A stretch of DNA of 64,000 nucleotides from Candidatus Limnocylindrales bacterium (GTDB taxonomy: Bacteria > Chloroflexota > Limnocylindria > Limnocylindrales > CSP1-4), in NCBI GenBank assembly GCA_038248915.1, contig JBBRXB010000001.1:229097-293096 (forward strand), in the 5' to 3' direction. A program made the translations under genes and the position numbers. Under the pieces are notes generated by a model. That model worked only from the letters and a program-made list of their open reading frames with translations, ran no database searches and was not told the DNA's origin. Shown here one piece after another: positions 37,056 through 45,822 of this stretch; positions within the stretch are counted from its first letter, which is position 1, and each line of letters opens with the position of its first letter.

Positions 37056-39488
37056 TCAGCTCCGCATCCGCGAACCGGTCGGGTCGAACAGGACGTCCGG
37101 GGCCACAGAAGCCAGCGCGCGATGATCGAATACGTCGACTTCGGCGGACTGACCTTCCGCCACATCCGACGGCAGGTAGACGTAGCCGATCGTGCGCTGG
37201 ACGGTCGGACAGTACGCGACGCTCCTGAGGCGACCGACGACCTCGCCGTCGAGCCGGATCGCTTCGCCTCCGTACACGGGCAGGTAGTCGGTATCGCCGA
37301 TGAGGACGGTCCGGAGTCGCCGACCTGGCCCGCTGGGCGCGGCCGTGCGGGCCGCCACGGTGGCGTCGCGCCCGATGAACGCTCCCTTGCCGGGCCGGAC
37401 GAACGCCCCGAGCCCGGCTTCGTCGGGCGTCTCGAGCATCGTCATGTCGGTGTTGAAATACCGATAGCCCTTCTCCATGCGGAGCGCATCCAGGGCTCGA
37501 TAGCCGAACGGCTCGAGACCGGCGTCGCTCCCCGCGTCGCGGAGCGCATCCCAGACCGGGACCGCCCACTCGGCATCCGTCGACAGCTCCCAGCCGAGCT
37601 CGCCGGCGTAGCTGATCCGGGCGGCTAGGACGGGTGCGTGGACGACGCGGATGGTGCGGGCCTGGCGAAGCGGGATCGCCCCGTTGGTCACGTTATCGTC
37701 GGAGGCCCCCGCCAGGATCTCGCGCGCCAGCGGTCCCCACAGCCCGATCATCACCAGATCTCCGCTGACATCGCGCAGGGCCACGTCCTCGCCGGCGACG
37801 GCATGCCGGAGCCAGGCGAGGTCCGAGGCGACGAACCCGGCCCCGGTCACGACCCGGAACCGATCGGCGGCGAGGCGGGTGATCGTGACGTCGGCCACCA
37901 TCCCACCCCGATCGTCGAGGAATGGCGTGTAGATGACGCTGCCGACCGGCCGATCCACGTCGCCGGCGGCGACCCGCTGGAGCAGGCCGAGCGCCCCGGG
38001 CCCGTCGACCGCGATCTTGCCGAACGAGCTCAGATCGATGATCCCGGCGCGCTCGCGGACAGCGCGAGCCTCTGCGCAGACCCGCTCGAACCACGGCGGC
38101 TTGGTCCAGCCGTATCCCGCCTGATCCCGACCTGCGCGGCGCCACGGCCGGTCGGGGTCGTGATTGTCGGCCCGTTCCCAGCCGGCCTTCGTCCCGAACA
38201 CGGCACCGGCCTCCTGGAGCCGGCCATGCAGCGGAGACAGCCGCCGCGGCCGCCCAGAGACATCCGCGTCGAACGGGTAGCGCAACCGGTAGTAGTCCGA
38301 GTAGGTCTCGCGCGCCAGCCCAGCCGCAAACCCCGGGTCGCGGTAGGTGTCACCGAACCGCCAGGCCCGGTACGGCCCGATATCCACACCCGGGTCGCCA
38401 GCCGTGATCCAGCCGGCCATGGCCTGCCCGATCCCGCCTCCCCCACCGAACCCGTTGAGCGACAGTCCCGCGGCCACCCAGTAGCCACGCACCCCGGGGA
38501 GCGGCCCGAGCAGCGGGTTCGCATCGGGCGTCATCGCGTCCGGATGGCAGACCAACCGGATCGCCTCGGCGTCGGCCAGGAACGGGAACCGTCGGATGGC
38601 GCCCTGCATCAGCGGCTCGAACCGCTCGTAGTCGGGTGGCAACGACTGCGCGGCGTGCTCCCAGGGCACCCCATCCTCCCAGCGCGAGACCGGATCGAGC
38701 TCGTAGCCGCCGAAGACCATCCCGCCGTGCTCGCTCTTGCCGTACACGAGATTGTCCGGGTCGCGGAAACACGGCATGTCGCGCGGCAGCTCGGACCCGG
38801 GGACGGCCTTGAGGGCGATGTGCTGGTGGTCGACCGGCGTCGAGGGGATGAACGCCCCGACCATCGCGGCGACCTGCGGGGCCCAGATCCCGGCGGCGTT
38901 GACGACGATCTCCGTGTCGATCCGGCCCGCGTCGGTCAGGACGGTCGTGACCGCGTGACCGGCCGACAGTTCGAAGCCAGTCACGCGGACGCCCGTCCGG
39001 ATGCGAACTCCGAGCGCCCGCGCCGCATCGGCCACGGCGTGGGTCGCGCCATGTGGGTCGAGGTGACCGTCGCCGGCCAGGTGGACCGCTCCGAACAGCG
39101 ACGCCGGCGAGATGGCGGGCATCAGCCCGAGCGCCTCGTTCGGCCCGATCACCTCCGCCTCGAGTCCGATGCCCCGCGCTCGACTCGCCGTCCGCTCGAG
39201 CTCCCGAAGCTGCTCGGGGCTCGATGCCAGGCGCAGGCTGCCCACGGTCTCGAAGGCGCCGAGGCGTCGAAAGAGCTCGATGCTGTAGCGCCGGAAGCCC
39301 ATCATCGTCGACGACGGGTTGAAGGCGGTGACCAAACCGGCCGCCTGGCACGTCGAGCCCGCCGTCAGCTGCGCCTTCTCGACGAGCAGGACGTCCGTCC
39401 AGCCGGCGAGCGCCAGGTGGTAGGCCACGCTGCAGCCGGTGATCCCGCCACCGATGACGACGACGCGAGCCTGATCGGTCAATGACAC
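37056..39488 (-). CDS. FAD-dependent oxidoreductase fused to GcvT-like domain (dimethylglycine/sarcosine dehydrogenase family), paralog 2
   Basis: Matching segments are VVIGGGITGCSVAYHL, TAGSTCQAAGLV, FGKIAVDGPGA and YAGELGWEL. The start is GTG 39488 (or TTG 39482) and overlaps the upstream gene's stop. Confidence 0.88.
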   Translation of the reverse strand: MSLTDQARVVVIGGGITGCSVAYHLALAGWTDVLLVEKAQLTAGSTCQAAGLVTAFNPSSTMMGFRRYSIELFRRLGAFETVGSLRLASSPEQLRELERTASRARGIGLEAEVIGPNEALGLMPAISPASLFGAVHLAGDGHLDPHGATHAVADAARALGVRIRTGVRVTGFELSAGHAVTTVLTDAGRIDTEIVVNAAGIWAPQVAAMVGAFIPSTPVDHQHIALKAVPGSELPRDMPCFRDPDNLVYGKSEHGGMVFGGYELDPVSRWEDGVPWEHAAQSLPPDYERFEPLMQGAIRRFPFLADAEAIRLVCHPDAMTPDANPLLGPLPGVRGYWVAAGLSLNGFGGGGGIGQAMAGWITAGDPGVDIGPYRAWRFGDTYRDPGFAAGLARETYSDYYRLRYPFDADVSGRPRRLSPLHGRLQEAGAVFGTKAGWERADNHDPDRPWRRAGRDQAGYGWTKPPWFERVCAEARAVRERAGIIDLSSFGKIAVDGPGALGLLQRVAAGDVDRPVGSVIYTPFLDDRGGMVADVTITRLAADRFRVVTGAGFVASDLAWLRHAVAGEDVALRDVSGDLVMIGLWGPLAREILAGASDDNVTNGAIPLRQARTIRVVHAPVLAARISYAGELGWELSTDAEWAVPVWDALRDAGSDAGLEPFGYRALDALRMEKGYRYFNTDMTMLETPDEAGLGAFVRPGKGAFIGRDATVAARTAAPSGPGRRLRTVLIGDTDYLPVYGGEAIRLDGEVVGRLRSVAYCPTVQRTIGYVYLPSDVAEGQSAEVDVFDHRALASVAPDVLFDPTGSRMRS

Positions 39489-40459
39489 GCGGCGCTCCCG
39501 GGATCGGTGACATCGCCGGAGGTTGGCAGGAAGGCCCAGTCGAACGATGCGCGGTGCAGGTCGAGGCGGATGATGCCGTGACTGACCGCCAGTCGCAACT
39601 GGCTGTTGGCCCTGGGCACGGCGAAGGTCCGCAGGTCGGCACCACCGGTGCCCACGACGAACTCGCGGATGCCGTGTGCCGGATCCGGCCTGGCGTCCGG
39701 GTCCTGCGGCGCGAAACGTTCGTAATCGTGATCGTGGCCGTTGATCACGACATCCGCGCCAGCGGCGTACAGCGCCTGCCAGAACGGCGCCACTTCCGCG
39801 TCGTTGCCGTGGAACCCGGAGCTGAACCGCGGGTGATGCCAGATGGCGAGCGCACAGGTCGCCGTGGACGCCCGGAAATCGGCGGTCAGCCATCTCCCCT
39901 GCGGCGAGGCCGCACCGCACCCGCCGACGTTCGAGCAGCCCGAGTCGAGGACGATGACGTGCCACGCCCCGAGCTCGTACGAGTACCAGCTCACGCCGTG
40001 TGGCGCGGCCGCCCGCCCGAAGTAGCCGAGGTAGCCGGCGGCACCCTTGGTCTCCCGATCGTGATTGCCGGCGGCCGGCCTTGTCCGATCGCGGAACGCA
40101 CCCCATGTCGGGTCGTAGCAGTCATGGAATTGGCCGGGCGACCCGTTGGCATAGGCGTTGTCGCCGGCCGTGAAGACCGCACCCGGCATCGACGCGACCA
40201 TCGCGGCCGTCTGGGAATCGCCATCGAGATGGCAGTCCGCGATGTCGCCCGCTCCCATCAGGACGGCGTCGGGCACCGCGGACGGGGTCGAGCGGGCCGG
40301 GACCGCGGACGGCGTCGAGCGGGCCGGACTGGACCCGCCGTCTCGCTGGATGAGGCTGGCCATCCCGAGCAGGAGGGCGAGCGTGGCAGCGAACCCCAGG
40401 ACGCCCAGGATCAGGGTCCTCGCGGACGAGATCGGATGCGGCCCGGGCTCGGTGGTCAC
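39479..40459 (-). CDS. Secreted/membrane-anchored calcineurin-like metallophosphoesterase
   Basis: An N-terminal TM/signal segment and a duplicated PARSTPSAV linker precede the metallophosphoesterase motifs GDIADC, GDNAY, GNHD and GHDHDYER. Confidence 0.85.
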   Translation of the reverse strand: MTTEPGPHPISSARTLILGVLGFAATLALLLGMASLIQRDGGSSPARSTPSAVPARSTPSAVPDAVLMGAGDIADCHLDGDSQTAAMVASMPGAVFTAGDNAYANGSPGQFHDCYDPTWGAFRDRTRPAAGNHDRETKGAAGYLGYFGRAAAPHGVSWYSYELGAWHVIVLDSGCSNVGGCGAASPQGRWLTADFRASTATCALAIWHHPRFSSGFHGNDAEVAPFWQALYAAGADVVINGHDHDYERFAPQDPDARPDPAHGIREFVVGTGGADLRTFAVPRANSQLRLAVSHGIIRLDLHRASFDWAFLPTSGDVTDPGSAACH

Positions 40460-40509
40460 CGTCCGAGCGTATCGGACCGCGCCGCTCGGTGCCGCCTAGT
40501 GAAGTTCAC

Positions 40510-40932
40510 TCAGTCGCTGGCGAGCGCCTCGTCGCTCCCGGAGATCCGTTCGACGGCGATCCGGACCGTCCAGCCCGCCGGCGGGTTCGGCAAGTCGGGA
40601 AAGACCACGTCCGGGCTGACGTATGTGTACGCGAGCCGCTGGAGGGTCTCGGGGGCCCCGCCCTCCACCACCCGGGCGCGACCGTGCAGGACGATGTAGC
40701 CGGGCAGACCCATCGGGCCGAGGCGGCCCGTCTCGAAGGAGATCGCCATCCGAGGGTCGCGGCGCAAGTTGACCAGCTTCGCCTGGTCGAACATCGTGCC
40801 GATGACGATCTCCTCGCCATCCAGCCCGATCCAGGCCATCGAGATCTGCGGCCGACCATCCGGAGCCAACGTGACGACGTGGGCGATCGGGCCGGTCTCG
40901 ATCGCTGTCCGTACGGCGGCTGGGATGTCCAT
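40510..40932 (-). CDS. Pyridoxamine 5'-phosphate oxidase-like (PPOX class, probably F420-dependent) protein
   Basis: ATG 40932 has AAGGAGG 5 nt upstream. The product shows HVVTLAPDGRPQISMAWIGLDGEEIVIGT and RDPRMAISF, a split-barrel PPOX pattern. Confidence 0.75.
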   Translation of the reverse strand: MDIPAAVRTAIETGPIAHVVTLAPDGRPQISMAWIGLDGEEIVIGTMFDQAKLVNLRRDPRMAISFETGRLGPMGLPGYIVLHGRARVVEGGAPETLQRLAYTYVSPDVVFPDLPNPPAGWTVRIAVERISGSDEALASD

Positions 40933-41002
40933 CGAGTCCTCCTTGGTCACCGATCACCACCTAGCCCCATCGGCCGGTCCGCGTTCGTGACTGTCGTCCA
41001 GC

Positions 41003-41944
41003 CTACGCCTCGGCGAGGTCCGCGAGGGCGCCCTCGAAGCGCGCGTCGGCCGCGTTGGCCAGCAGCCGGCGGAAGTTCCCGTCGGCATAGGCGACGAAGT
41101 CCACGTCAAGGTTGCTGACGCCCTGCTGCAGAACGCCCCACATCGCCTCGCGGAAGTCGGATACGACCCGCATCAGGGTCAGCCGGGCGAGCCGATCCGG
41201 CCGGACGGAGCCGTCGTACGCAGCCAACAACAGCGCGTCTTCGTCCGGCGTCAGCTCGTGGTTGATGCTGAAGTTGCCGAGGTCGAAGAACGGGTCGCCC
41301 ATCCCGGCGTATTCCCAGTCGATGATCCGGATCCGCGTGCCGTCGTCGATGAAGTTCGCATTCAGCAGGTCGTTGTGGCACGGTCGCAGCTCGATCGGGG
41401 CGGCCAGGAACGCGCCCTCGATCCGCCGCCCCACGGCCGACGCGAGGTCGTACTGGGGCGGGATGTTGACCCCGCGGGAGATCGCCAGGGCTCGATACGC
41501 CTCCACGATCCGCAGTGGCACGAACAGCCCCGGGATGGCCGGGCCATCGTGGATCCGCCGGAGCGAATCCGCGACTCGCCGGAGCGTGTCCGGTCGATGG
41601 ACGGCCTCGTCCGATACCGGGGACCCGACGATGAACCGGGTCACGAGGTAGCCCTCGGGCCGGATGAACGCGGTCACCTCGGGTCCGACGCCCACCCCGG
41701 CGGCCGCGACTGTCGCGGCGTGCTCGACCTCACGCGAGATGCCCAGCAGGTGCGTGTCGTTGCCGGCCAGCCGGATGACCCAGCGGTCATCCGTGCCCGA
41801 GGCATCGATCCGGAAGTTCCGGTTGGTGATCCCGCCGGACAGCGCGGTGAGGGTCAGCCGACGCCCGGCGATCTCCGGGACCTTCTGCAAGGCCCCGACG
41901 AGGTCGTCGTACAAGGGGCCCCGCAGGATCGGATCATCGGTCAC
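41003..41944 (-). CDS. Phosphotransferase, APH/choline-ethanolamine-kinase-like family, paralog 2
   Basis: Motifs are GGITNRNFRI, PCHNDLLNANFI and IIDWEYAGMGDPFFDLGN. The GTG start abuts the permease stop. Confidence 0.85.
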   Translation of the reverse strand: MTDDPILRGPLYDDLVGALQKVPEIAGRRLTLTALSGGITNRNFRIDASGTDDRWVIRLAGNDTHLLGISREVEHAATVAAAGVGVGPEVTAFIRPEGYLVTRFIVGSPVSDEAVHRPDTLRRVADSLRRIHDGPAIPGLFVPLRIVEAYRALAISRGVNIPPQYDLASAVGRRIEGAFLAAPIELRPCHNDLLNANFIDDGTRIRIIDWEYAGMGDPFFDLGNFSINHELTPDEDALLLAAYDGSVRPDRLARLTLMRVVSDFREAMWGVLQQGVSNLDVDFVAYADGNFRRLLANAADARFEGALADLAEA

Positions 41945-43581
41945 TACCCGATGACGGTTTCGCCAGTGGCTGCATCGGCCTCCAGCTTCTCGCGAGCGAT
42001 CCGTCCTCGTTCTGCGGCGAGGTAGTAGATGAGTCCGGCGATCAAAACCACGCCCATGATCAGCTCGAAGATCGGGATGGCTGGCAGGGAGACATCGACG
42101 CCAAGGACCTGCGTCGACGCGAGGATCGGATTCGACAGGTCGCGCAGGCCGACGGCCGTCCCGTCAGGCAGCGGGTAGGATGCCGTGCCCAGTGAGCCGA
42201 AGGTATCGGTCTGCCACAGCGCGAAGTTGATGATCATCAGGCCGCCCCAGACGAGCGCCAGGACGTTGATGATCGTCCCCCAGCTTCCGAGTCTGAACCA
42301 GGCCCCCTTCTGGGGCCACCCGCGCCGGCGGGCGACGAGCACGCCAAGATTGCACAGGAAGTAGCTGGTGTAGATCATCCCGGTCGCGGCCACGGCCAGG
42401 ACCGCGGCGGAACTGGTCAGCAGGAATGGGATGGCCGCCAGGATGCCCACGGCGACGGCGGCGTTGGCGGGCGTGTGGAACCGCTCGCTGACATGCCCCC
42501 ACACGCCACCGAACGGCAGGCGGCGGTCCCTGCCCATCGAGAACATCAGCCGCGTGGTCGCGCCCTGGATCGCCATGGTGCAGACGTACACGGCCGCAAG
42601 GATGACGAGCAGGTAGACCTTGCCGAAATCACCCATGTTGGCGTTGATCGTGTCGCCGATCGGGTTCGCTCCGCCGACGCCCCAGGCGAACTGCTGCGCG
42701 CTGAGGATCTGCGCCGGCACGTCCTTGAACGACAGGATGATCGCGAGCAGGAACAGGGCGCCGGTCGCTCCCGCGAGCCAGATCGCGGACAGGACGCCGC
42801 GTGGCGCCTGCCGACTGGCATCCAGCGTTTCCTCGCCGAATGTGCCCGCCGTGTCAAAGCCATAGACGACGAAGAGGCTCATGAACATCCCGACGAGGAA
42901 GATCGTCGGGAAACCGCCGGTCGACGTGACATTCGGCGCCGTCTCCGTGATCACCGACAGAGGTTGGTGATTGAAGAAGATCAGCAGGATCAGGGCGAAC
43001 ACCACCAGTCCGAGGATCTCCGCGCCGACGCCGAGGTTGTTGATGATCGCCAGAACCCGGACCCCGAAGGCATTGATGATCGTCGTCGTGATGAGGGTGA
43101 TGAGGGCCAGGAAGACGCCCATGTTGAAGGCGGAGATCGGCGACGCCGACGTCAGATCGGTGCCGGTGATGCTCGAGATGACCAGGGGCACGGTGATCGC
43201 GACGGCCGTCGTCGTGAGCACGCCGGCCCAGAAATAGATCCAGCCGGTGTACCAGCCGAGCGTCTTGTTCGACAGCCGCTTGGACCATTGGTAGATCGAT
43301 CCAGCGACCGGGAAGTGACTCGACAGCTCGGCGAAGTTGAGTGCGACGAAGGTCTGACCGAGGATCACGAGCGGCCACGACCAGAAAAAGAACGGACCCG
43401 ACACGGCGAGGCCTACTGCGATCAGCGTGAAGGTGCCGGTCGACACGCTGATATAGCTGAAGGCGACGGCGAAGTTGGACATGAACCCGAGGCTGCGCCG
43501 CAGCTCCGGCTTGATCCCCAACGACTCAAGGTGGGCGTCGTCCTGCGCGGCCACATCCTGCGCGCTAGCTGGTCCCGCCAC
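41944..43581 (-). CDS. APC-superfamily amino acid/amine permease
   Basis: The product has about 12 TM segments and an APC pattern (GFMSNFAVAFSYISVSTG..., FPVAGSIYQW). GTG 43581 has GGAGGAGGAG 6 nt upstream, so it is preferred over ATG 43677. Confidence 0.85.
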   Translation of the reverse strand: MAGPASAQDVAAQDDAHLESLGIKPELRRSLGFMSNFAVAFSYISVSTGTFTLIAVGLAVSGPFFFWSWPLVILGQTFVALNFAELSSHFPVAGSIYQWSKRLSNKTLGWYTGWIYFWAGVLTTTAVAITVPLVISSITGTDLTSASPISAFNMGVFLALITLITTTIINAFGVRVLAIINNLGVGAEILGLVVFALILLIFFNHQPLSVITETAPNVTSTGGFPTIFLVGMFMSLFVVYGFDTAGTFGEETLDASRQAPRGVLSAIWLAGATGALFLLAIILSFKDVPAQILSAQQFAWGVGGANPIGDTINANMGDFGKVYLLVILAAVYVCTMAIQGATTRLMFSMGRDRRLPFGGVWGHVSERFHTPANAAVAVGILAAIPFLLTSSAAVLAVAATGMIYTSYFLCNLGVLVARRRGWPQKGAWFRLGSWGTIINVLALVWGGLMIINFALWQTDTFGSLGTASYPLPDGTAVGLRDLSNPILASTQVLGVDVSLPAIPIFELIMGVVLIAGLIYYLAAERGRIAREKLEADAATGETVIG

Positions 43582-43698
43582 GAGATCTCCTCCTCCCACG
43601 CGTCCGGTCGGGCGCGAGCTGTCTACCGGAGTTGATACGCGCGAACGCTGGGGCACGATCCGCGGGATACCCTCCATCCGGCGGCGGACCTGCGGGCG

Positions 43699-43726
43699 AG
43701 GATAGCACCACGCATCGGGCCGTCAA
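43699..43726 (-). promoter_or_regulatory. Candidate promoter TTGACG-16-TATCCT for the permease-kinase-oxidase operon
   Basis: On the minus strand the -35 is at 43726-43721 and the -10 at 43704-43699. This leaves a leader of about 110 nt before GTG 43581. Confidence 0.4.
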
Positions 43727-43802
43727 CGACGAATCCCGCGGGGCGAGGACGCGCTTGGCCGCTCGATTCGCACGTGCGCAAGGGCCGCTACGACCCCCGA
43801 TG

Positions 43803-45209
43803 TCAGCCCGCCGTGACGGCCTCGCGCAGCCCATCCGGGATCGGCCGGTGCCATTCGACCGGGTGGACGTAGCGGTCGACCATGGCGCGGCTGTCGTTGA
43901 CCCGCAGCTCCGTGAACAGGTAGGCGATCTTGCGACGCTGGGCGGCCAGGATCTCGTCCTTCGTGTCGAGATCCCAGAGCTTGCGCTTGAACGGCCCGAG
44001 GGCCTTCTTGCGCGTCGTGTAGACGAACTGCTGGTCGGTCTGGTCGGCCTTCCGCTCGTTGATGGCGTTGCCGAAGCACCACCCCTCGATCTCACGATGG
44101 AGCGACGCCGGGAAGGCCGGATGCTCGTACAGCGCGTTCTGGAATCCCGTCGCCAGGTGGATCTCGGCCGTCTCGACGGCCGGGAAGCGGTGGAACAGCT
44201 CGTCCGGCAGGGTCGATGCACCGTGCTGCACGGCACCGGCGAGGCCATACTCGCGGGCCACGACACCAAGCTCGCGCAGGACCTCGAAGTCGAGCTTGAC
44301 CTCCGCCACGCCGCCATCAGGCAGTGGCACGCCGCCATGCGACGTGCCGGTCTGGACGCTGACCTTGGAGATCCCCTGCGCGCCGGTCGCGCGTGCCTCG
44401 AGCTCGCGGCGGTAGCCGTCGAGGTAGGCGCGCAGCTCCGCGACGGTCGAATTCTGCGTCCCGACCTCGCCGATCTCGCCACCGACGCTGATCGTCACCC
44501 CATCCGGCTCGAGCGTCCGGATCAGGGCGGTGAGCTCTGCGGCTCGCCGGTAATTCTCGCCCTGCTCCCCGTCGACATTCGGTTTCGACAGGTCGACCAG
44601 CGTTGACGAGTCGATGTCGATGTTCCGATAGCCGGCCTCGATCGCGAGCCGGCACGCGCGCCGGATCTCCTCGGTCATCGCCTCCGGATCGGCCAGGTAC
44701 TTCTTGGCGTTGAACTGGTAGTGGTCGCCCTGGATGAAGACCGGGCCCTGCCAGCCGGCGGCGATGGCGCCGGCCAGGACCGAGGTCGCGTAGTCGATCG
44801 GACGCTGGAACGTATAGGTCTGTTCGCTCCGGGCGAGTTCGAGGATGACAGCCCCGACACCGGCCGCCGCCGCAGCGTCATAGACCGTCCGGGCCATGTC
44901 GAACGTCTGCGTCCGCAGGTTGATGGCAGGGACCGTGAACCCGGTGACCTCACCGCGGGCGCGCGCCTGATACAACCCCTGGATGCTGGCCGACCGCGCA
45001 CCGAGCGCCTGGCTGGCCTCCCAGACGAGCCATTGGGCGGCGGCGGTCGTCGCCTCGTCGTCGCTGAACGCCGCGGTCCAGGCCAGGTCGCGGATGCCGT
45101 CGCCACGGAACGCCGCATCATCGTCGATGACGATCTGTTCGCCGTCGAGGTGGGCGCGACCGGTCAGGATCGCGAGGAGGTCGGTCGGGGAGGTCGCAAC
45201 GTGGGGCAT
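43803..45209 (-). CDS. Class II (metal-dependent) fructose/tagatose-bisphosphate aldolase family protein, long divergent form
   Basis: The F_bP_aldolase layout is visible: FTVPAINLRT, VILELARSE, IQGDHYQ, GGEIGEVG, QTGTSHGG and VQHGAST. The protein is 468 aa and has a C-terminal extension of about 100 aa. Confidence 0.75.
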   Translation of the reverse strand: MPHVATSPTDLLAILTGRAHLDGEQIVIDDDAAFRGDGIRDLAWTAAFSDDEATTAAAQWLVWEASQALGARSASIQGLYQARARGEVTGFTVPAINLRTQTFDMARTVYDAAAAAGVGAVILELARSEQTYTFQRPIDYATSVLAGAIAAGWQGPVFIQGDHYQFNAKKYLADPEAMTEEIRRACRLAIEAGYRNIDIDSSTLVDLSKPNVDGEQGENYRRAAELTALIRTLEPDGVTISVGGEIGEVGTQNSTVAELRAYLDGYRRELEARATGAQGISKVSVQTGTSHGGVPLPDGGVAEVKLDFEVLRELGVVAREYGLAGAVQHGASTLPDELFHRFPAVETAEIHLATGFQNALYEHPAFPASLHREIEGWCFGNAINERKADQTDQQFVYTTRKKALGPFKRKLWDLDTKDEILAAQRRKIAYLFTELRVNDSRAMVDRYVHPVEWHRPIPDGLREAVTAG

Positions 45210-45278
45210 CGGGGTCGGTCTCCTGTCGGTGGCGTCATCACCATGGTAGCGACCGACCCGTGGCATCGGGAAACCAGG

Positions 45279-45767
45279 CTAGAAGGTCGGCTTGACCACC
45301 ATCAGAAAGACGATGACGACGATCAGCAGCCCTAGGAACATCCCGCCGCGCTGGACCTTCTTCACCTGCGCGGCGATGGCGGGCGGCGGCGGTCCCGGAG
45401 GGGTTCCGGGCGGTGGCGGCGTCGAGGTCATCTCGATGAGGTGATGCAGGGCCGTGCGCTGGATCGTCAGGCCGTACGACACCAGGATCAAGTACAGCAC
45501 GATGGCGATGGCCAGCCACGCCTTCGTCATGACGTCGACCTTGCCACTCACGATCAGGAGCACGCCGGTGATGCCCTGGATGATGGCCAGCGGATAGACG
45601 ACCCCGCGCCCGATGGCCGCCACCTGGCGCGAGCTGAAGTTCGCGTGCTGCGGCTCCTTGCCCGCCATCCCGCCCATGATCGAATAGGCGAACGTCGGCC
45701 CGAACGCGATGATCGCTCCCATCACGTGGAGGAACAGGACGAACGGAAAGAACTGGCCGATATCCAA
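45279..45767 (-). CDS. DUF2269-like integral membrane protein
   Basis: The product has four hydrophobic segments. A Pro-rich loop (TPPPPGTPPGPPPP) precedes the last TM segment. TTG start. Confidence 0.6.
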   Translation of the reverse strand: MDIGQFFPFVLFLHVMGAIIAFGPTFAYSIMGGMAGKEPQHANFSSRQVAAIGRGVVYPLAIIQGITGVLLIVSGKVDVMTKAWLAIAIVLYLILVSYGLTIQRTALHHLIEMTSTPPPPGTPPGPPPPAIAAQVKKVQRGGMFLGLLIVVIVFLMVVKPTF

Positions 45768-45822
45768 GACACCACCCCTAGAGCGATCGGCGGACTTGGC
45801 ACCGACGCGCGAAGGATAGGCC

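Noticed and set aside
43582-43700. Glycine riboswitch in the leader of the APC permease / GcvT-fusion operon.
   Set aside because: Only vague GGAGGG and ACUCCGG similarity is seen. The conserved CCGAAGGGGCAA-type core and tandem aptamer architecture were not found. It needs a covariance-model scan to settle.
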